A stretch of DNA of 63,007 nucleotides, filler included, from Perkinsus chesapeaki ATCC PRA-425 (taxonomy: Eukaryota; Protista; Perkinsozoa), in assembly GCA_013115145.1 (NCBI GenBank). It is 5 parts of 5 records of this genome, joined end to end, with 100 filler letters (N's around TTAATTAATTAA, not from the genome) between each part and the next. Parts side by side here need not be neighbours in the genome. Positions count along the whole stretch, not along the records: positions 47,339 to 53,531 come from JAAPAO010001106.1; positions 53,632 to 63,007 come from JAAPAO010000939.1; 3 more parts are not named here. The stretch is one strand, 5' to 3'. Numbering within the stretch: position 1 is the first letter of the stretch; each line of letters opens with the position of its first letter. Made by a program: the position numbers and the translations under genes. This document shows, in pieces, positions 47,454 through 58,586 of the stretch. The notes beneath the pieces were generated by a model that saw nothing but the letters and a program-made list of their open reading frames with translations, did not search any database and was not told the DNA's origin.

Positions 47454-48305
47454 TACGGTTTGAAGAATCTAAAGCCTGAAGGTCAAAGCAGATGTGTGAT
47501 AAGCTTGCTTCACTACGGTATTGTATACATCAGTTTTGCCGCTCGCCTCTGCTTCTGACCGTTTCAGATATCCCTTTCGACCATACCGCGCGCGCGTCCC
47601 GAAGATGCTCACTCGATGCCTAATAAATATCCTTGGATCGCAAGAGATAGATCCACTTGTGCACCTCATCGAATAGCGAGAGAGTAATGCTTCAAACCCA
47701 AGCGGATAGTTCCGAGTAAGAACATCCTCACTCGTCGGTGGTGTGGTTTCAGGAGCTTGGCGGAGATTCTAGCAAAGGTGCACCTCGACAGTTGTACGAA
47801 GAAGAGGACGACGTCCGGGGAAATGATTGCGCCTATTGATGTGAAGAAGCTGATCAAAGCCGAGTCTATTGCCGCTTACGCTTGCCATTACTTTCCTGTC
47901 GTCAATCTAGCCCAGAGCCATACACCGATTCGGTCGGTCAGCCCTTAGAGCCATAATGAAAATAGGTTGTGACAGCCTATTGGCCAAATAGATATTGTCA
48001 CATATACGATGTACACGCAGTTGATGTACGGGTAGCCACACCATAACCTATCCCATCTAATCTAATGCTCATCTCTGATCGCGGCGTGGATCTCTTGACA
48101 ACCTAGCCATCTGCCCTCTACTGTGATGCACATCAGTGATGTGGCATAATCCCACGCCACGTATGAGCTATGTGATTTCTCACCGTCCACTCAAACCGGG
48201 AAAGGTTTATATGTTATATGTTATGTGTTATATGTTAATGCTATCATCTTACTGTGGTTTTGCCCTTCCTCAACCTACACTTTTAACATTGTTGGTATAA
48301 TACTA

Positions 48306-48653
48306 CAGGGTGTCCCGAAAAAATGTGCTTTTTTGGATAACTTCCTCAGGAGAGCGAATATTTCGACGACACGTGCGACGTTCGAAAGCCCTCGAGAGTG
48401 ACTTCCTGAAGGCATACGGCCCATGATGATAATCGATTGGGTTAACGAGAAATTTGAATTTTAAAATTCCAAAAAAATCGGTTTCAATGGAAGAGGTCAG
48501 ATTTTGCCTTGTAAAAGTTGTCCCATACCCTGCTGAGAGGTGCTTCATTTTAGAACATCTTTGAATTGGACATCTCACCACTGGCAGCTAAAGATTATTT
48601 ATTTCCTCCTGAGGAAGTTATTCAAAAAAGCACATTTTTTTCGGGACACCCTG
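48306..48653. mobile_element. Tc1/mariner-type MITE (348 bp)
   Basis: ~47-bp TIRs starting CAGGGTGTCCCGAAAAAATGTGCTTTTTTG (1 indel, 1 mismatch), TA on both flanks (48304-48305 and 48654-48655), no transposase. Confidence 0.95.
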
Positions 48654-48776
48654 TATTCAGTTCTTTGCTACGCCTTTTGAAGCATCGGCCTTTTGGAGTC
48701 ACATTTGGTTCGGAGCCTCGCGACTTTGACAACTTAACACCCATTTTTAAAAGAAACTCGAATCTCGTCAGAAACA

Positions 48777-51421
48777 TCATTGAGCACTCTTAATAGCTCT
48801 AAAAACGCCGTACCTGGCATTCACATGAAATTCACGACCGGCAAAGCTAACCTACTGCATCACGCCGTCACGGAACGCCTCATGCATTCTCTCAATCGTT
48901 ATGATTTCTCTAATCGTGGACCACCAAACCTTCGGACTGATAAAATAGGAACATACAACACAGAGCAAACACGCGAAAGTTCTAGATCAGATCAGAACGA
49001 TGGTTGGTTCCACGCAAATGAGCTGCTTTGCCCAGTCACGTGACGCCAAAACTCACCCACGGATGATGACAGGCCATGGCCACCACACACCAACGAAAAT
49101 CGAATGGCGCCAACTTGGAAGTGTTTGAGGGCTCCAGTCTGCTGTAGCGACATCACGCATACACAAAGACTTACTGAACGCAGGAAAATGGAATAAAAAT
49201 GCCGAGGGGAAGGTTCGAACCTGCGCAGTATATCGCCGTATTCCTTGATAGATATGAACATCGGATGAGACCACTCTTCATAAAGAAAACGAAGTAGCCA
49301 TCTGAGGTTGAACATTGCAGTTCACGTTCGACCAAGATACTCCTACTTCTGATGGTCAGTCAGCGACTTTCTCTCGTGCGTTTCGCACCACGTCGCGATT
49401 ATCAACCGACCGCCTGGCTTTAGCACACGACACATCTCCTTGACGTACCTGTTGACAAAAATCGTCACTCGCCTCGAAATTAACTTACTCTTCCTTATCC
49501 GGCACATGTTCCCCACACTCGCACGACCAGACCAGATCGAACGAATCTTCAGGGAACTCCATCTTCAACGCGTCCATCTTCCTAACAGCACCAACTTTCC
49601 TGCGCGCCACGATATTCCACTGAGGCTAACCTGAAGGTGACATTATCCAACCCAGCTTTCTTGCTCAGTTCTGTGGCTCTTTGAACCTGCGCCTCCGACA
49701 GAGTGATACCGGTGACCTGTCCCACAGTAATGCTGCTGTATAACGAGAACCTCCTACCTCTACAGCGCCGCCGTATCGCTTAGCCATAATACGGCTACTT
49801 CCACCGATACCACAACCAACATCCAGAATCTTGATCGGTCTTGAACCTGAGGCTACTCCTCTCTTTAGTGATCAGCCTGCAAGACGGAAACCCCGCCGAA
49901 TAACTGCCTAGTGCAACACAACCACTATAGCAGTGTGGATTGTATATGTGAAACACAACCAGCTTGGCTATATAGCAGACAACTCCGTGGGCACCATCGT
50001 TCCCTTAATCGTATAGAAAACTTTAAAGGTAAAGATAAAGTGCTATATAGCAACCACGGTACCATCACTGACCTGATGTATTCGCCGCTTTAACAGCGCC
50101 GTCAAATCCTCCCCATTGAAGTAGCTCATCAACAAACGTGAACTTCTGGTCTTTGAACATGGTCTTTCTGGATCTGAAAATGATCAATTGAAAATTCGCG
50201 TAAGAAGACAATGCTTAAGTTTTTATGCCCTTTATGTCACTTATATGTTTTTAAGTGTACTCACATTACAATATCATTACCAAGTGAGGTTTGTATTGAG
50301 ACGCAAAGGTCTCTGGTGACGGAGCTGCCGAGTAATTATTGGAATGATTTCCAGCTCGTGATTTCCTACGTGTTCAGACAAGAAAGAGGAATCTCCGGGA
50401 AAATTCGTAGAATGCGGAGCGCTATCTGCATATCTCAGCAAAAATGAGTCCTGCTATGGGAAGGCGTTGTGACGTGACACTAACGCTAACTGGCGTTATG
50501 TACACGAGGTCGTACCATTCGATCTGACCGAATCGATTAAGCTTCCTTTTCTCACCTGTCATTCCAAAATGTGCACTTGATAAAGGACTCCATGAAACTG
50601 TCTTCTTTAATGAACCAACCATTAGACTCCTCAGTAGTATACGATCCCAGATGGATGTGTTCTCCCCAGAACGCCTCGACCAGCCCTAAACAACAAACAC
50701 TTGGGGGAAATGCAAGACTTGGGCGGAAACTAACCGTCATTGGTCCACTTGTCATATTCATCGCCAACACCTCCATTCGGCCGATATCTGACAGGACATC
50801 TCTGGCGGCAAGTGAATAAACACCTTGAGCGGGGAGAACCGAAGTAAGGCAAACTCTATTTACTGTATAATAGTATCTTATGAACACTCAAAAGGATCTT
50901 TGTAAACGTGAAACAAGTATTGGCGCAGCAATTAAGTTACATTTTGTAGAGTCCCGTAGATTAGGTGATAACTTATAACCTGATTTACGGTAGTAGATTT
51001 TCTATATAATGAAGTCAATTTAGTATCTTATTACTAATAAGATAGTAAATTGAATTTAGTATTGCCGAGAGTTTAGTCAGTTCTCGGCAAGAGAATACAC
51101 ATATCATCTATACCACTCTATCACGATTTGAAGCAAATATTTGGTGATGTAGATTCTCAAATAGGCAAATGCTTACTAGTGATCTCAGCTAGGACAAAAT
51201 AAAAAAGGTTACCACTGTTCAGCTTTTAATGGACATATAATGCCCAAATTCTACTATAGAAAGTGACACAAGCCTTCCGATTGAGCCTCCCCTTACGGTC
51301 GAGAGCCTTTTTGAAGTAGAGCTTGGTATGCCCATTTAGATGCCAGAGCGCTGAAACTGACTATGAGTGATGGTAAATGATAATGAGCTACTGCGAGGTA
51401 AATTGGAATTAATACCCACAT
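48777..51421 (-). CDS. MPBQ/MSBQ methyltransferase, cyanobacterial/algal type (gamma-TMT superfamily; multi-exon)
   Basis: SRPYRPNGGVGDEYDKWTNDGLVEAFWGEHIHLG, KFTFVDELLQW, ILDVGCGIGGSSR, VTGITLS..QVQRA, SFDLVWSCECGEHVPDK, EMCRVLKPGGRLIIATWC, EWSHPMFISI, LPSWRHSI..PWPV, ERMHEAF..MQYG. The N-terminus is ambiguous. Confidence 0.88.
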
Positions 51422-51499
51422 ATTAGATAATCTGACAAATCGATCACGTGATCGATTATGAAGCTTTACCCAGAGTATTCCAACGCAGCTTGTATCTCC

Positions 51500-53330
51500 T
51501 TTTGAACCGGCTTCGTTGAGCCACAGACGAGCAACTGCACCGCTGGCACAATCAATGAGATGCCTAGGACCGTCGTCGGAGATGGCTCCATAGAAAGTGA
51601 AAAAAACTATAAAAATTTCCACCTTGACAAACAGTGCCTCATCTTCGGGTGATCTCATCCGACGTTTGTGTGCTGATTGGGTGCTTCAAGCTAGTTTGCG
51701 ATCGAGCCACCCCGACGGATGAAACGCCTCAAGATGGTGAGGGAAATATCACGCCATAATGCCATGCTTTTCAAGATTCTCAACAATCACCGACATCCTC
51801 AGATAAACTCTCACTGTCGATTCTTGGGCTTGTCCGTCTATTGGTGTAGTATAGAGGAAGTAACCTGTATAGTTCCAGAGGAAGGACTAATGGCACACAA
51901 CAATAATATACCGAGACTCCTAAAGTAACTCATGCTGCCTGCTGTGACTCCCAGGCGGAATTTTCACGGAGAACATCTCCCAATGGCGTGTATCAAGTAG
52001 TAATAATTAGCCTCTCCTCAGCCGGCCCGAGATGGTCCGTAATATTCTCCCCGAAACTCACCTCTTAGGCGATCCATCAGCGTATCTCCACATGCCCTCA
52101 CACACAGTTCAGTAATGGTATAGTCACCCGGAGACGGAGGGATGAAAAAGCGGCATTTGCCAAAGTACATGAAATAACATCGGTCGGATCGAGCAATGCA
52201 ATCTCGAATGCCTGCTGACCTTCCAGTGCCAGCAAGTTTTCTCTCTATAAAGACGATGAGAGTTATCAGATATCAATTACAGCACAAGTATTAATAGAAC
52301 TGATACTCAAAATTGCGGACCGGGCGAAGCGTATACTCTACTGAACTAACACCTTGTGCATGCGTGCAAATTATTCAGCAGCTCGATGATCTACAGAGGT
52401 TACGACTGATATATGCCATACATCCTTCGATAAAAAAAGGGCTCTGATTATATCTTCAAGGTTCGAGGGCGAAAAAACGTTTATCAAAAAATATGGCTGG
52501 CCTGGGGATCGAACCTGCGACCCTCTCACAGAATCTATTGACGATTCGCTGAGCTACGTTCCTTCTCAGAGAAGGCCTAGGATTATGGAATCAATTAAAA
52601 CATATACTATCACGGAAAGTCTTACAATCGACAGGAAAATTCCAAAAAACCTCACTCCGACTGGCTTGAACCCACGACCTCCCATAGAGCATCCAGCAGC
52701 CATCCCAACTCACTCAGCACGTCCTGTCTCAACACGGCAACCTCTAACTGTCACCTCCATCACAGGCCATCTACCCGGGTCCGCTATGGCCAGGTTGAAA
52801 TCGAAACCACAATTTAATGGAACTTTAGGATCGCTCGACATCAGTAGTCCCGCCAGAACCGGCTGAAGGAGGAGCTTTTAAAGTGGAGAGTCTTGCAAGG
52901 TGGAAAACGGACACAGTATGAATATCTTATGTCGAAGCGTGCACGAAAAAGCACGGAAATCTAATGGTGTGCAATATGAGCCACAGAAACTAATATGCAG
53001 ATCTATCTTTTTTAGTAAAGAAGTACAATAATAAAAATTTTTCCATATAAACAAATTTTCCTCGCATCAAGACATTCGCTATATAAAAGATATCTCCACC
53101 CTTATCAGAAGGCATTCGCGAAAGAGTGTTATTATTCTCATCTTCATTCAGGTTCAGCCGTGACCTACATTCCCGTTGTCATGCTCCGTAACACTGGCAT
53201 CTCCCTTAACTTCCCCTTGCAGGACAATATAAGCCGGATTGGCTTCCTCCGCGGGAACCAGATGCCACGAACAGGATACTGTACTCAGTGGGCTCACAGA
53301 TACCTTGAAAACCCGCACACTTTGCCTTCT
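51500..53330 (-). CDS. Hypothetical multi-exon protein
   Basis: In-frame AG/GT-bounded exons RQSVRVFKV..EHDNGN, PVLAGLLMSSDPKVPLNCGFDFNLAIADP, RKLAGTGR..PPSPGDYTITELCVRAC..RLR, GSMSYFRSL, STVRVYLRMSVIVENLEKHG. No family recognised; 3' end unresolved. Confidence 0.5.
52486..52563 (-). ncRNA. tRNA-like element 1 (degenerate tRNA or tRNA-derived SINE head)
   Basis: Minus strand: A-box-like TAGCTCAGCGAA, B-box GGTTCGATCC, T6 immediately downstream; the acceptor stem does not pair. Confidence 0.55.
52644..52725 (-). ncRNA. tRNA-like element 2 (more decayed)
   Basis: Minus strand: AGGACGTGCTGAGTGA..GAGGTCGTGGGTTCAAGCC..TTTTTT; same layout as element 1. Confidence 0.4.
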
Positions 53331-53659
53331 AGAAAATGACCAAGTAACCCTCTAGTTCACATTTGAGATAAAGATCCAGCGCCCTGAAATAGCACGGATT
53401 GTTGGTGCCTTGTCAAGGAGTATATATAACGATATAAAAATTAAGACCGAATAAGAGCATTGTCACGTACCGTGACGCTGCACGCGTCCCGCAAGTCCGT
53501 GAAGATGCAATCTCGCTCGCCCACGGAAGATNNNNNNNNNNNNNNNNNNNNNNNNNNNNNNNNNNNNNNNNNNNNTTAATTAATTAANNNNNNNNNNNNN
53601 NNNNNNNNNNNNNNNNNNNNNNNNNNNNNNNCCGCTATCTATCAATAATCCCGACGCTC

Positions 53660-56600
53660 ACCTTCTAGTTAGAGACTAATATTTAAGGCGCCTCGTATCG
53701 GCGCCATCAATTCTGTATCTATGGAGGATCTCATTTTGTCGAGCCCGTGTGTCTCGATCACTTGGTTCTGGGCATCAGCCCCCAGTCACCTCAATCTTTT
53801 GTTATAATCCGGTCACGCTCTTCTCGATGACTATGACGCTTTAACGCTCGTGAATGCTTTGCGTTTGAACTGGTCAAGATACTCTGGCTTAGCAAGATAA
53901 GATAGATTCGGATACAAGGCTGTCCTTCAAGCTTGTGAATCACGAGCTACGCCGGGAGAAATTCTCCCAAGCAATCATTCTCCCGTAAAATAATTGCTTG
54001 AGACATCCGAGCATCCGGGTGCTGTACCCTTGTCGACGGGATGAGTCGTGTGCTGGTCGTACGAAGGAATATGGCACATTCAGCTCATGGGAGACCCACA
54101 ACTATTTTCGAAATCATCATAACGAACCGCGGCTATCGGCACAACTCAGGCGGAAACAAGGGGACATCGAAAGGACGCGAGTAGATGATTCACTGTGAAT
54201 TTGAGAAAGGACATGAGAATGATCGTTAAGTATGCGAAATGTTCGCTTTAAAGACTGCTCCACGGAGTTCGCGTACCTCCCCTCGTTCGCAGCAACCCAA
54301 TGTTAGACTCTTCCCTACACACTGGCAGAGTGACTCTGCGACGCAGAGTCTGGGGCGGAAAAGCCATGTCGGTTGTAGTGCCTCCGTAAGAGAGGAATAC
54401 TATTGATTGATCTCCGGTGAATAATGCAACACGGAGGTCAGCAGATAATAGAGTTGACACATGATGCAAGTACATGGAAGCATCACTTCGAGGGCAAAAC
54501 GGTTTTCTTCTTCTTGTTACTGTTAGGTTTTGGTGACGCTTCAATTAAGCCTGCCAGACACCAACAGCATTAAGAAAAGGTAGAGGTGGCCAACTGACGC
54601 AGATCCGCTGAAACCGTCCGAATGATACGGTATCAGCAGCATCTAATTTGCAACGTCTAGCATCAATTGCAGGAAAAATGGAAGCTCTCACCGTGTTTGC
54701 TTTGGGTTGAGTTCAGTAGCTTACCTATAACCTCGGGCAAAAGGACAGAGCAGTCCATCAATGCCAATACCTAGAGATGAGATTTCCGGTCTGCAGGCGC
54801 CCTAATGCCAGAGGCATGTGTAGGGAACTCACGATTATCTCTTCGAAGGCTTGACTGGTGACAGGGAAAGTCTGCTCCCTTCCTGGTGCCGGAATTTCGT
54901 TTGGTTTAGTTTGCGTCAAATCGCAGCGAATCTGTTCGTAGTGCCTGTACCTGAGCTTAGTACACGTTTAGCAGGTACTACAGATGACTGTATCCGGACG
55001 GTTATGCCTGCCAGCTCAAAGGCTGGTATTATCTTAAGTAGCAATCCTATGATAGGATTCCTAGCGTTGATGAAGCAAGTTGGTTCAATCAACAAGCAGT
55101 CTTTCTAGTATTTTTTGTGAACTGTAGTCTTATAACAAAGCTCCTATGAAGTGTCGAGTCCTTAACACTAGTGTCCCACTATAGGGTTGCTCTGGAAATA
55201 TTTTATGGCACGATGGTCGATATATCTATCAAGGCTCATTTGACTACTGTCGATGACAGTGGCCTCAGATAGACCATGATAGTTTGGCTCCAGGCAAAAC
55301 TAATCAACCATGCTGAAAGACTCTCGATGATTGATTTCCAGTGAACGTGTAACATCTCCTACACTTCAATCGCTGTCCGTTGTAGATCACATGGAAGCAA
55401 GTATCCCTCCAAAAGGTACATGATATCTTCAACGGTCACCTAGGCGAACATATCGACAGCGGTGTAGTCCTTCACGCACGGTAATATGTGAAGGCCATTC
55501 CGAGGGCCTTTTCTCGGGTGCTGAATGAATCGATTCGACATCTCCGCTGCGAACTGCATCTTTGCGTGCGAGTACTATCTCCCATCTTTCTCGAATGGGC
55601 TTCAAAGCATTCCTATGGCTGAGCCAGGTTAACGATAATTATTGAACTCACCATTTGGACCAGTGACTCACATGGTGACCATAACATCTGCAATACAGAT
55701 GAAGATTATAAATAACTTCTCATGAGATGACTGCCCGGAAATAAGTGGTGGATCATGCCTGGAAATGAGAGTAGCAGTTTATCCACCTGGGGTAGGTCAC
55801 TTGACGACACCCAAAGGGCCAAAGACATCCAGGATCTTCTGACAGGAAATACACGGAAATTCTCTCTCACCTGGCAAGCAGTCCAGGATTGCCGACAAGT
55901 TAGCTGTTACCTTGATCATCAGAATGACCAATTCTCTTCGCTAGTAAATCACACGCCTCAGTGTTCGTTCCAATAACTAAGTTGCTTTGGTTCAGAGCTG
56001 TTACCTGCCATTCGATTCAGAGAACTACGCATCACGATCGTGGCTGCCTCAGCGGGGGGGGAGGGGTTCATAAAGGTGTCTAGGAGCTCTAGACTAGGTT
56101 CATACGGCTGACTTCCTGAAGATCGGTGAGTGCTCCCATTAGAAGTCCCGAGCAGCCTACTAATGCGGAGGCTCCGCAGCGGAGCAGAAACAACAAAATT
56201 TCCGTCACGCAAAAAAATCACCAAAAGGGCACATCAAATATACTCGCGGAGGAAACTTTCTTGTGGATTCCTCGATGGCTCCTCGGATGATCTTGGTCTA
56301 GCAGAGCCAGGTTTAGGTATTAAACTCTCGCTCTGAATCTGCGCATAGAATGGATAGTCTAACTAAGCCAGTTTCGACGTTGGACTATAAACTCACACAC
56401 ACAGACCCAGACCAGTCGGAACGTTACCAGATCTTCGGCTGGTATAAGATCCGATACTCCTTCACTGATGCTTATCTGCTCGCAGCGTCGCATGAATGCC
56501 ACTCTGACATTCAGCAATGCACGAATGATTGTATGGTAACAACTCACATTGCTGCGGACTGCACCCGCAGTCGTTGGTGAATCATGGCCTCTGCCATACG

Positions 56601-58480
56601 CCACCGACCATCTTCGAGACCTGTTTTCGTTTCTTTAGTTTTTTCTATAGACAAGCTGGTTGGATGATTTATTACGTATTAATTGATTAACGTTGATTAA
56701 ACCCAGAAATTGCTGAACGATCGCGGAGTTGCTATAAATGAACACAGCAAAGTTTGCCCGGTAACTACTTCGCCGCAGAGGTGGGGAGTGATTGCTATAA
56801 GACTTACTGTTGTCTTCCTTATTCATGCAGAATGGAGCCAGGGTGCGAAGGACAGCGGCTCCAGTCATTTGTGTGATGGACGTATCAGCGTCGGCCATGC
56901 CATGCTGGATGAGAGAGCGCGGTGATGAGGCTTCGGCGAACTTGGCCTGCTCACCTGCTTTTTATTATCGATGAGGGTGCAGTCGATTGGCATAAATGTA
57001 TCGGTGAGCAAGGCGTATCTGAAAGATGGAAGAGATAACACAATAATCGTGCCCGTCAGTAGTTGACAACGGCCATCGAGCGGACTGTGCTGTCTCGGGA
57101 AGTGCACGGCAGTTACAGTTATGTGTTCATAGGGCCAATCGTATTGCGACTCATTCCACCGAAACCTGACAAGCTTACAACTCCGTCATTTCGATGTCCT
57201 CCTTCTCTTCGGCCCAACGCAGTACGCTCGTGTCTTTTGTGGTATCTGTAAGCCACTTCACCAGATAATCCATATATTTCAAGAAGGCCTAGACATTGCC
57301 ATCGATATACAAGCTGGGTTAAATGAAAGGAATAGGAGAGATAAAGTATGTTTTTCAATCATCCAGTGAGTGAAATCAAATTTATTCAACGCTTCTAGGA
57401 ATCCCTATGAGAGATACCTTTCCGACAGAGGCCTCAATCCGAGCATCCCGGAATACATATATCATCTCTTAATGCTTACTGTTCTCTAGGCATCGCAGTG
57501 ATGCATCTATCACGGGTAGTGGTATCGCCGAAATCACCGGGCATGCTCTGAGGAGACGTCGAAGTAGCTGTATAGTTAGTGGAGTTGACATCATATCTTC
57601 CGCTCGAACAACAAATGGATAATCGACTGTTGACCTGAGAGGTATAGCATCCGGAGAGACTGACAGCAGTTGCTCCAGCAGTTTCATAGTAGACTCAGCA
57701 ATGGCTGGGCAGGTCTCACCAGAAAACTTTATAGAGCCAGAGCTCAGCCTCCTCTAGACGAGCCGTGTGTGGAGGGGAGCGCAGGAGGGTGAAGTCGATA
57801 AGCGAATCCATGAAGGGCCGTAACTAAACGTCAAGTAATTGAGACAAGATATTATCAATCAAAGCCCCCTCGGACGGACCTTGTTGAATGTTCCTGGCGT
57901 GAGACGCATCTTCCATTCGAGCATCTCCATAAGAATATCAGGTAGTTCATCAACATCCACCGGATTGATGCGCTTCCAGAGGTATCTACAATGGGATAAT
58001 CGTGAGCATACAAATGTTGCCGATGCGTTAACGTCTCCCAAGCTGTTACACACCAAAGATCTATAACTTATCGATCATGAGCTCTCCGCATCATGGACAG
58101 CTTATTGACGATAAGTTGTTCATGAAGCGGAGATACAGTACAAACTTCTACAGGAATACATGAGTTCTGGTGACATTTAGTATCCTCTAATATCCTCTAG
58201 TTGCATACCTGTCATGCAGGCTTCGTAGGGCTTGAGGACATATCCAAGCAGTGGCTTTTGGATCAAGTTGAACGATCTCTCCCTCGCTGATTTGTCCACT
58301 GAAGTCACCTGCCAGCACCTTGCATCGAACATTGACTTTGCCGAGGTAAACTTCGACGAGTATTTCCGACCCAGTCAGACCGACCATTCGAACACACAAG
58401 CCCCTCGCGCGCTACCGAGAGCACGGCTAAGGTGCAACGTCTACAACTTCGTATAGCTCACACCGAGGTAACCGTACAGC
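53660..58480 (-). CDS. Large hypothetical multi-exon protein (helical, Leu-rich)
   Basis: Many short GT-AG-bounded open exons, e.g. TLHLSRALGSARGLCVRMVG..SLHDR, LEQLLSVSPDAIPL, HTIIRALLNVRVAFMRR, PSLELLDTFMNP, VTVEDIMYLLEGYLLP, VLALMDCSVLLPEVIGKLL. May be more than one gene; the 3' part looks degenerate. Confidence 0.5.
56337..56404 (+). mobile_element. Ultra-short retro-insertion, copy 4
   Basis: 66 nt align to 9198-9263 with 5 mismatches; antisense in an intron of the minus-strand gene; no TSD seen. Confidence 0.85.
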
Positions 58481-58586
58481 TATCATAATGCCTCAAAAGT
58501 AACTCGCCAGTTGTAAGCTGAACAATCCTTCCCTTCTTGTATCTCCGTAACTAATGAGAAGATCTATCATGAAGCAGATTTGAAGA

